Below, in pieces: positions 26,827-37,027 of a stretch of DNA of 64,000 bases (positions are counted from its first letter, which is position 1; each line of letters opens with the position of its first letter). The notes beneath the pieces are model-generated. The model had not been told where the DNA came from, did no database searches, and saw only the letters and a list, made by a program, of their open reading frames with translations. This DNA is from Camelus ferus. Its lineage: Eukaryota. Position numbers and translations under genes: made by a program. The stretch is from assembly GCF_009834535.1 (NCBI RefSeq), contig NC_045696.1, positions 54,190,001-54,254,000 of the forward strand. The letters are read 5' to 3'.

Positions 26827-28425
26827 ACAAAAACCATCTAAAGAGCAATAAAAAAGGGACAATTTAGTTGTGCTTCATACACACAAACACACATATATAT
26901 ACATTATCGTATCCCAAGAATGACACACTCAGATGAAAGCTGGAAGCTAATCAGGTAGCCAAAAAGGAGCGTGCATCTACAATGTTGTCCCTCCTGTGGA
27001 TCATATGCTTGAACCATATTCTGGGTTCTTTTCCAACCCCCTTATGATGCCTGATACCATGCTGATTTATAGATGATCTCGTGTGAAACCTGTTTTTCCC
27101 TAGTCTGCACATAATCAAGTAAGGGACTCACATTTTCCCCTGTCCTCTCTTTTATCTTATATAAGCAATGATAAGAGGACATTCTTACATTTCACCCATA
27201 TCCTCTCTACTACACTTGTGCCTGTCTTGGTTCTGTGCGTGTCTGTGCACGTGTGTAGAGTTACACATTTTGCCAAACACAAAAGTGCTGGTGACATACT
27301 GGCATCCTTAGAAGGAAAAAAGGAAGACCTATCTAATTTCTGACTCCAATACACTGTGCTATCCATGAGCTGAGATAGCACATAGATAAGGCTGAATGCG
27401 ATAAACCACCCGTGGGAGGGCGGAGTTCCACACAGTGACAATGCTTGCTGTCCTGTCACTCCCACTGCTCCACAGGGAGGACCGGTGACTTTGAAACCAG
27501 AAAAAGCATGCATTTATGGTGTCCCTGGGGCACAGGGATGAAGAGGGCAGCCTTGTTGGACACAGTTTCTTGCTTCTTGCTGTCATTTTGGGAACATAAG
27601 GATTTTGAATTCTACAGATCATTACCTGAATAACATACAAAATTCTAATTTCCCCCCAACCTCATAATGTGATCCACTCCACTACTCCCTCCCTACTACC
27701 ACCCTCTGCGAAGCCAAGAACCAACATGGAAAAGAGTTCTGTCATCATGTCTCAGATGGCCATTCTATTACTCTGATTTGGAAAAATTCAAACACGTCAC
27801 CTTTGAGGAACAATTAACATCTATTTCCAGCCCATTATCCGTTTTCAGGACAATGGGCAGTATTTCATGGGCTTTTATACAGGATGTGGATACCCCATTA
27901 AATATTGCTGGTCTGGGCACCACGCAAACGGCTAAAAATTTGACCAAGTTCAAAACGTTCAAAGCTATATGATCTTCCTCTTAAAAACAGTCTAGGCATG
28001 GTGAGGCATGCCCACTTATACACCCACGGTTCCTATCCGGGGAAATTCACAGTTCATGCCCAAGATGAGAATTATGATTTTTCCAAGATGTGTGGGAACC
28101 AGAAAGGCATTGGCATCTGAAGTAAAATGAAAACAATTTAGCTGTGTTGAATGTCACCCTCTGTTGTTGATTTCCACACATCTGTGCATTTTCCCCTTAT
28201 CCAAGAATTCATTTAAATGTGCTAGTTTTTGACGAAGATGAAGAAAATCCGTTAAGTTCTCTTGCTCACTGCATTCGTATTTTCATAGACTACGTATCTA
28301 TCTGAAGGGAGTTACCTCTTCAGAAAGTCCACACTCAGTAAGATGACATGTTTGTGTGTGTCTATGTGTGTCTGTGTGTTTTCATAATCTGAGACAGCCG
28401 GCGTTTCAGCTGGGAAACTCCCTAC

Positions 28426-28541
28426 TTTTTTTTGGCTGGGGGGAGGTAATTAGGTTTGTTTGTTTAATGCCAGTACTGGGATTGAACCCAGGATCTCAGG
28501 TATGCTAAGCCAGTGCTCTACCATTGAGCTATTACCCTCCC
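28426..28541 (-). mobile_element. tRNA-derived SINE (camelid vic-1 type)
   Basis: Minus strand GGGAGGGTAATAGCTCAATGGTAGAGCAC...CTGGGTTCAATCCCAGTAC (A and B boxes), then AAACCTAATTACCTCCCC and an A tail. Confidence 0.85.
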
Positions 28542-31011
28542 ACCGCGTCCACTTTTCAAACAATATAATTTCCATGTCACCATGGTCAACCAGAACCCAG
28601 CACACAAACTACAGTGGGAAGAAAAACAAAGACCTGAATGCTGGAATGGAGCCCACACAGCAGGACTCAGATCTTCTTAGGGAGGGTTGAAGACCCGGGG
28701 TGGGGGGTGTTGTCCTGCTCTATTTGCTGTTTCCTAATGAGGCCAAGGTGTATGCCCCTCTAAGTCCTGTCGATCTGTAAAGGCTGTGCAATTCATCTCA
28801 GCTCTCTTCCCAGATGACAAGCCAGTTGTGAACTGTATTCAGGCCCACTCTCCCTTGTTTATCTGCCCTGACAGTCCACTGCAGCTCTTGTGTAGCTGGG
28901 AGCCCAGAGGGCATCTGTGACCTTTCTCAAGCTGTTCCCAGCTGTCATAAGTGCCTCTGTCCTTTTATTTTTCTATCTGTTGCTTCTTTCAGAGTGTCCT
29001 CTTCCTCTTTCCTTGATTTCCAGTCTCTCACCATACACTTCTCTCTCCCTCCCTCAAATCACCTGCTTCTTTTGATGTTAACCCTCCTTAAAGTGCTACT
29101 TTGTTTTCCCCCTACCTTTTTTTCCTTAAGCATCCTTCTTCATCTTTATTTTATAATTTATTTGTATTTTTCCTCTTTGATTTTTGGTAGAAGGAGCTCA
29201 GTGCTCAGTATGTATACTAATGCTTTCAGAAATACTGAGTGATGAAAAAGAAAAGAGAAAAAAATTGATGGCTTTCCTCTTCTTTTTCACTTGCTGCTCA
29301 TCCTCAAAGATCTCACATGTCTATTTTACTCTCTTCCTCTTCTACTATGCTTCCTCCTTTAAGCATTATTTCCTTTCACTTATCTGCTATTTCAGATCTT
29401 TAAATATCCCACAGTAGTCAGGATGTGACAGAGTACTGGCCCGTGATGCTTACTACCAGAAATATTCTGCAAGTTCAGGCTTTTGAAAGAAACAACAATA
29501 TATTATGTTTTATATGTCCATTTGGGAAACTTAAGACATATGGGGGCTTGGCAGAAACATCATCAACTTTTGAGTGGTGCTCAATCATTCCCACAGAGAA
29601 CATTCTTACAAACTATCACCGCTTCTAGAAAATGGGTACTGGCTCTGACAGAAAATAAATGGGAACAGGAAAGCTTTAGAAAACATTCCAAGTCTTTTGT
29701 GGAGGGCTGGATTAATAAAAATGGTCAGATTATTGGGGTAAAATTGGCTATTCTTGTGACACTATGCCATTGAACCATTACCTTCGCAGTGCTCAATCTG
29801 TAACTATATGGGGATGTTGGAAAGAAGAAAATCTTTTCCGATATGTGGGGCTTAAAGCCTCAACTTTGCTTTCATGATTTTTTTCTTTTTCCCCCTAATG
29901 TTGGCAGGGAGATTTTTTTCAGATCTCCTTTTTAACTTTAAAAATATGATCTTCAACCCAGAAAGAGTCATTCTAAACCAAAGATGACATTTCTGTGCTA
30001 TGAAAAACAAGAACAAACATTAGATTCAACTAACTCTTTGACAATCAATACAGGGAGGTACTTCACTTACCCTCCTTTCCCCTTCACCCTCTCAACACAC
30101 TTCCCACTCATGCTTTTCTCCTCTATTCGGAGAAGAGCTGGAGGTAAGGAAGGCTGGGGTATGTTTTATTAATGTAACCACAGACCTGTGACCCTACATT
30201 CAAAAATTTTACTCACTTATCTTTTCTCCAGCATTTATTATTATCTCTGTTTCCTTGGAGAGTAATTTTGTATTAGTTTATTGCTTGGATTTTAAGAAAC
30301 TCTAAAGAACTTTTTGCATCATGTCAGATGATCAAAAATATTCTTGTCTGAACAGTTTCAGGTTTTTCTCAATTCACTAATACTGATTTTCAAAGGGATT
30401 ATGGTCCAGAAGTTTCAAAGTTATTGGTTATTCTTAAATTTGTGGCCACTGTCATTGATTAAAGTCATTATGCTGCTAGTGAAATATTGAGCATATTATG
30501 ATGAATCAGGAACACTAGACAAAAGCTCTCCTAAATGGTAAAAACCATCAGTGACTTCTTTGTTTCAAGGATAAGGAAGTAAAATGATAAGTTCATCTGA
30601 GTCAGAGCCCTGACCAACAGCTCTCTTTGACATTCTATATGCTGGCAGGACTTTCTTGTTCTTTTTTTCCCACTTCTTTTTGTCTCCCTATTTTTCTCTC
30701 TGTATTAAAAATGATACTCATTTTGCTGCTAGGTGATGGAAGAGAAAGAAATGCCTGTTTCACAGATCAAAAGCAAGGCACTGCTTTACAGCAACACTGG
30801 CTTAGTGTCTTGTATCATAAATCTCTCCAGCTTTATTCATCACCACCAACACTTCGTCTCTTGCAGTTCTGAGGCTGATGGCAACAGGACAGATACTATT
30901 ACCCGGATACAAAGAAACACAGGGAAGAAGCCCTGATTCCAGAACTTGGGTGTGTTAATACTCATACTAACTACCCAGAGACTCATAGTCTTCCAACAGC
31001 GTGCACAAGTG

Positions 31012-31950
31012 TATTTACTTATTCATTTATTCACAAGTACTTATTGAGTTTTTATTATCCCTGCATTTTTCGAAAAGTCCTGATTGGTCTCCCTGCTTCT
31101 GCTGTAGCCCTGCTTCAATCTGTTCTCAGCTCGGCATTCAGAATGACACTGTTAAAACCTGTCATTCACTCTTCTTCTCCAAAGTTTTTAAGCCCATTGA
31201 GACTAAAAGTATAGATTCCTTACAATGGGCCCATACATGGTCCTTAGTCATCGCTCTGATCTGTTTCCTTTTAGTCTCTCCTCCCACTTGCTCCACTTCC
31301 TATGTTTCAAAACACCAGGTGAACATCCACCTCAGGACCTTTGCACATGCTCTTCTCTATCCTTCTAGCACTCTTTCTATATCTGTCCATAGTGAGACTT
31401 TCTCTGGCCCTCCTATCTAAAACTGCAGTCCCTCCCCTCATCCTCCCTTCTCCTTTTTTCACTATTTATTATTCCCCATAACACTTGTCAATGTCTACCT
31501 TTTTTATTGCTAGATCTACAATGTCTAGAAAAGTGCTTGGCATAAAATAAACCCTTAATTAATGTAAGTTGAATAAATAAACTGGGACAGGGAATTCAAC
31601 AGTCAATAAGACAGTTATAACTGCCACCCACAAGAATATCATAATCCATTGGGAAAGAACATACACACTGAAAGAGACAGGTAAGCAATAATTTCAGACT
31701 CTGACAGGCACTATAAACAGCAAACAAGATATTGAGACAGAGCATAAAAGGAGAGACGATGTCATTTAGAGTCAATGGTCATCAAAGGCCTTCCTGTGAA
31801 TGTGACTTGAAGGATGAGATAAAGCCAGAACAAGGGGTGGGTGTTAGATTTGGAGGAGGGAGGCGATGAGAAAACATCAAGTAAAAAGAGTGGTGTCTCG
31901 AGGTGGGAAAGATCTTGATGTGTTGCAAGAATGGAGAAAACCTGGGCCAG
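31012..31950. mobile_element. Nested L2 elements: minus-strand L2 (~31012-31060 and ~31583-31950) interrupted by a plus-strand L2 (~31065-31582)
   Basis: TTCATTTATTCACAAGTACTTATTGAG (L2 tail, minus) resumes as CTGGGACAGGGAATTCAACAGTCAATAAGACAG. The intervening block runs TGGTCTCCCTGCTTC...CTCAGGACCTTTGCACATGCT...AAAGTGCTTGGCATA...GTTGAATAAATAAA (L2, plus). Confidence 0.65.
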
Positions 31951-32178
31951 ATCTACATTGTCTGAGGAACAATAACATCATTCCTTACATTTATGAGGCT
32001 CTACTAAGACACCAGAAACTGTTTTTAAGGTTCTTCCTACATCTACTCATTAAATCTCCTAACATCCCTCCACAGTAGAAAGTATTGTATCATCCATTTC
32101 ATAGGAGGATGTGAAACGCCCAGCTAGTAAGTGGTAGAATGGACTCCATTCTATTGGGTTCTGAACACTGTATTCTTT

Positions 32179-32393
32179 TTTTTTAATTTTTAATTTTTCT
32201 TTTTATTGAAGTGTAGTTGATATACAATGCTTGTTTCAGGTGTACAGCAAAGTGATTCAGTTATATATACCCATAAGTATATACATATTTTTTTCAGGTT
32301 GTTTTCCATTAAAGGTTATTACAAGAAACTGAATATAGTTTCCTGTGCTGTACAACAGGTCATTGTTGTTTATATATTTTATACACAGTAATG
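32179..32393 (-). mobile_element. 5'-truncated L1 3'-end insertion with TSD, within a MIR
   Basis: Poly-T then the L1 3'UTR reverse complement. TSD TGAACACTGTATTCTTT (32162-32178) / TGAACACTGCACTCTTT (32394-32410). Confidence 0.9.
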
Positions 32394-34016
32394 TGAACAC
32401 TGCACTCTTTCTGCCTTCCTATGTAGCAGAATTCTACGCATAATTGGGTGTATTGAGGCTCCAAAGAAGCATGTTTATAAGCACTATGTATCTGCACATG
32501 GAGTATCTAAAAATCAGGCAATAAAATAACCAAAATAATAAGCCATACTTAACATTAATTTTACCTGTGAAAAAATGAAGCTAGGCAAGCATCATACTAT
32601 CTTGACATTACAGAGAAGATTGGTGGTACCACCTTTACAAAGTTACAGAGACACACTAACACAGTGTAAGAATGAAAACCCTTCTCCACTCAGAGCCCAC
32701 AGTATACCTGCCCTGGATCAATCAGTTGTGTCATTATGTGGCCCTTCACACTCACAGGCCAGCAAGCCTGCTCTGGACTACGCAGGGAACCATGTGCACA
32801 CAGGCACACACAGACCTTCCCCCAGCCACCTCCTTGAATTAACCAGGAACACAATCCAAAAGGAGTGCTTTGTGCCTCGGCAGAATCCTCAAAGACGCTT
32901 TGAAAGACCTGAAGAGAAATGATCTGAACAAAACAACAGAAAAAAGGAACTTGAAAGTGAACAGAAGTTCTGAAGTGTGTGGGGGTGGAGAAAGCTTTCC
33001 CGGAGAGGAGCAAGGAAGAGAGAGCTAACTCAAAGCAATCGGAATAACTGAGTGGGCCTACGATGCTGTGACTTGGTGGTTCTGCACTGCGGGGAGACTG
33101 CCAGCTCCCGGCAGAGGAAGGATGCTTCTGACTGTGCTCAGAGATGGGCCGGACTTCCTACTGTGCACAGAGGACTAGACCCAGACAGCTGGGGTTTCCA
33201 CGTCACACATTCTGCTGTTCTTAGAATGCTGAAGGACTGACCTGCTGCGCCCCCTGACTGACCAAAGAGGTTTCTTTGTAAGAGACATAATAGCCTTGAA
33301 CTCCACCAAGCAGTGGGTTCTGTCAGGTTCTGTGAAGGCAGCCGTCCCTGCTACCTTTGTGCACTCCTGGCCTGTCTTGTTCCCACATGTTGGCTTTCCG
33401 TAGCACCTGCGAGTTCTAGCATAGGCCCCCTTGTTAGTAATGGATCTCGGCTTATGCAGTAGGCATTCATTTTTGTCAGTGTTCACTGATAACTGTAGCA
33501 GAAACAAGTCAAAAGAGGCACAGGCAGAAAAAGCCCAGGTTTGCTCAATTAAAATGGAGTAAATGGCTTGGCTGCACGGCGAGGTGCTGTGGATACAAAA
33601 AGCAGGTCAAAAAGTGACCTGCAGTGTTGATGCTTATTTGCTTGAACAGCTGAGAATTATCTCCTGACCCATGTCACCTCCAGAACAGGTGGCCCTTTCT
33701 GAGTCCCACGGCAGCTGGTTTGAGTGAGTGTGAAATTGCACTCACTCAGAAAAGATGAACTTTTTTCTCCCTCTAAGGAAAAAAAAAGGTAAAATGACTG
33801 GCCATTCACTTGTCATCATTTATTTAACTCTCTCTGTGGGAAAGGCTACTTCCTTATCAATCTCTCAGTTTCCACATCTGTAAAATATGGAAGCTACTAA
33901 TTGCTCTATTTCCCTTAATGAAGTTTTTAGGGAAAGTCAGGGAGTAGCAAAAATGAAAACTCAAAAACATGTCCCGAATGCCAAGTACAAAGTTTCAAAT
34001 TCAGGTTAAAAATGTC

Positions 34017-34227
34017 TACAGGGATACTAACTACTATATACAAAACAGATATACATCAAGGTCCTACTGTACAGCACAGGGAACTATATCCAATACCTTG
34101 TAATAGCTTATAATGAAAAAAACATGAAAACGAATATACATATATATGTAAAACTGAACCACTATGCTGTACACCAGAATTTAGCACAACACTGTAAACC
34201 AACTATACTTCAATTAAAAAAAAAAAA
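34017..34227 (+). mobile_element. 5'-truncated L1 3'-end insertion
   Basis: ACTAACTACTATATACAAAACAG...CAAGGTCCTACTGTACAGCACAGGGAACTATATCC...CAACTATACTTCAATT followed by A12; possible short TSD AAAAATGTC / AAAAAAGTC. Confidence 0.88.
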
Positions 34228-34298
34228 GTCAATGACATGAAAGATCCAAAAATGTAGAGGAACTGCTCTAGATTAAAAGAGAATAAAGAGACCTTAAA

Positions 34299-35626
34299 GA
34301 GGAGAGAAGCAAGACGGCAGAGTAGAAGGACACTTGTAGCTCACCTTCTCCCACAAATACACCAAAACTGACATCTACGGACCTACTCAGTCAACCAGAG
34401 CACCTGCCGAACTCCGACGGAACATCGCCCTCTTCGAAAGACAAAGATGCCAAAAATCTGGTAGGAAAAAAAGGAAAAAAGAAGAAAAAGCAAAACAGTG
34501 CAGGACCGATCCCGCGGGGAAGGAGCAGGAAAGGAGGACTGGCGCTCGTTCGCTGGGTCTCCCCTCTCCAACCGAGAGGCCAGCGGGACAGAGAGGGAGC
34601 CTCTGAGGCTCAGATCTGCCCCGAGAACCCCTTGACCGACAGAACTGAGTTAAACGGGCACAAAGGGTCCCCACGACACCCAGCCCGAGACGCGAGCCGG
34701 CAGCTGGGGTCAGGACAGGCTGCCCAAGCCAGGTGGAGGACTGGGGCGGCTGCACTGAGGCAGCCCTGGGGGACTGAAGGGGGCTGCGTGCCGTGGCTGG
34801 GAGGGGATATGGAGCAGAACAACCTCGGTCTCCCATAAAATGCGAAAAAAGCAAAGCAACACAGCTGGTGTGCCCTGGCGGGAGGGACGCCATAGCCTTT
34901 GTCTCCTCAGACCTGTGCCACCATTACTGGCGCTTCTCGGGAGAAGAGAGGCGGGGCACAGCCACAGCCGCCATCTCCTCCTGTGCGCAGCGCCCGTCCG
35001 GGCAGGGGTGGGGCCGAGACCTGAATCCACACCCGGGGGCTCCGAAACCTCCTAGGCAGGACTGAGACTTGTTTACAGCTGGAGGCAGGTAGGCTCTTTC
35101 TGCCCTGGCACCTCAGAGAACTCACGTCGCCAAGACAAATAAGGAGCTGAGATTTGGCACAGAGCAGAGGTGGGGCTGTTCCGTGGTCTTCCCCGAGCCC
35201 GCCTTCGGGCAGCTGCACAGAGCAGCAGAGTGATCGGCACCAGAAAAGGGTGGGTGGCAACCCACTTTCCTGGCAGGAACGCAGCACCTGACCACGGTGC
35301 TGGGAGGGGGCACGATCCGCCCACCTGCCTCCCCCAAGTGCAGCATCTGACTGCAGCATCGGGAGGGGGAGTGACCTGCCCGCCCACCGGTAAGAGCTCA
35401 GCACCTGACCCAGGGTTGGGAGGGGGCGCGATCTGCTAGCCGACAGCCACTGGGAGCAGCACAGATAAGAGCGCCAACAAACGGCCTCTGGAAACAGCAA
35501 GCTGAGTTCGCGAAACAGGGCGAAGACACAAAAACTTCTTGATAAAATTATTAAGAGCACAGCGTCTCCAAGAGAACTAGATAACTGATACTTCTTAAGT
35601 CACAATGCCAGAGAGATCTGAGCAAT
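34299..35626 (+). promoter_or_regulatory. L1 5'UTR / internal promoter, CpG-island-like
   Basis: The only strongly GC/CpG-rich segment in the window. Starts GAGGAGAGAAGCAAGACGGC, a YY1-like CAAGATGGC site with one mismatch (34310-34318). Confidence 0.8.
35281..35445 (+). repeat. Three ~59-bp diverged tandem units within the L1 5'UTR
   Basis: CAGCA(C/T)CTGAC...GGGAGGGGG...GA(T/C)C(C/T)GC starting at ~35281, ~35340 and ~35398. Confidence 0.8.
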
Positions 35627-36516
35627 ATGAAGAAGCAGAGGAACCACTCCCAATTAAAAGATCAAGAGAAATCCCCTGAAAGAACGATCAATGAAATAGA
35701 CATTGATAGCCTAATAGATGAAGATTTCAAAAAAGTAGTGATCAAAGTACTGAAGGAACTAAAAGAAATAGTGTTTAGAGATATAAAATATGTCAAAAAT
35801 GAAATAGAAGCTATAAAGAAGAACCAAGTAGAATTAGTAAACTCATTTGCTGAGATGAGAGCTGACCTAAAGGCTGTACAAAGCAGGCTAGATAATGCAG
35901 AGGAACGAATAAGTGACCTAGAAGACAGGACAACAGAAAGCACCTGATCAGAAGAGCTGAGAGAAAAACAAATAAAAAACAATGAAAACAATATAAGGGA
36001 CCTATGGGATAATATAAAGTGTGCCAATCTATGCATAATAGGGGTTCCAGAAGGGAAAGAAAGAGCAAAGGGAATTGAAAAGGTATTTGAAGAAATCATG
36101 ACTGAAAACTTCCTGAACCTAAAGGAATCAGATATCCAAGTACAGGAGGCTCAGAGGGTCCCAAACAGGAAGAACCCAAACAGACCCACACCAAGACATA
36201 TTATAATCAAGATGGCCAGAGTCAAGGATAAAGAAATGATCCTAAAGGCAGCAAGAGAAGATCAAAGAGTGAGTTACAAGGGAACCCCCATAAGGCTCTC
36301 AGCTGATTCTCTACACAAACACTACAGGCCAGAAGGGAGTGGCAAGATATATTCAAAGTCCTGAATGAAAAAAAGATGCAGCCTAGGACACTCTATCCAG
36401 CAAGGCTATCCTTTAGAATAGAAGGAGAGATAAAGAACTTCACAGACAAGCAGAAACTAAAAGAGTTTAGCAACACTAAACCCATGCTAAAAGAAATGTT
36501 GACAGGTCAACTCTAA
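35627..36516 (+). pseudogene. L1 ORF1p (coiled-coil/RRM/CTD RNA-binding protein), disabled
   Basis: MKKQRNHSQLK...RLDNAEERISDLEDR..., NLCIIGVPEG, RPTPRHIIIKM, ILKAARE, YKGTPIRLSAD, ARREWQDIFKVL, YPARLSF. Premature TGA at 35945-35947, 1-nt frameshift near 36308, terminal TAA at 36514-36516. Confidence 0.92.
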
Positions 36517-36658
36517 ATAGAAAAGAAGTAGCATGCTACAAAAATGAGAAACTCATAACTGGAAAGGAGATAACTGCCATGAATTACAAAAAGAATGAAC
36601 ACAAATTGTAAAAGAAGACATCTAAATCCTTAAGAGTGGGAGAGGGAAGCAAGGAAAG

Positions 36659-37027
36659 CCATTGTGGAAAACAGTATGGAGATTCCTCAAAAGACTAGGA
36701 ATAGACTTACCATATGACCCAGGAATCCTGCTCCTGGGCATAAATCCAGAAGGAACCCTACTTCAAAATGACACCTGCACCCCAATGTTCATAGCAGCAC
36801 TGTTTACAGTAGCCAAGACATGGAAGTAGCTTAAATGTCCATCAACAGATGACTGAGTAAAGAAGATGTGGTATATTTATATGATGGAATACTATTCAGC
36901 CATAAAAACTGACAACATAACGCTATTTGCAGGAACATGGATGTTCCTGGAGAATGTCATTCTAAGTGAAGTAAGCCAGAAAGAGAAAGAAAAATACCAT
37001 ATGAGATTGCTCATATGAGGAATCTAA
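36659..37027 (+). pseudogene. L1 ORF2p C-terminal remnant only
   Basis: PLWKTVWRFLKRLGIDLPYDPGILLLGINPE...CTPMFIAALFTVAKTWK*LKCPSTDD*VKKMWYIYMMEYYSAIK..., with in-frame stops; no EN or RT sequence upstream. Confidence 0.9.

Noticed and set aside
28426..28541. tRNA gene call (also 55085-55156)
   Set aside because: The tRNA-like head is followed by a SINE body and A-rich tail, so these are SINEs, not tRNA genes.
34907..35560. 217-aa antisense ORF, the longest in the window
   Set aside because: Starts at GTG within the GC-rich L1 5'UTR, where stop codons are scarce; no domain signal.
35662..36099. 145-aa antisense ORF
   Set aside because: Shadow frame of the A-rich L1 ORF1.
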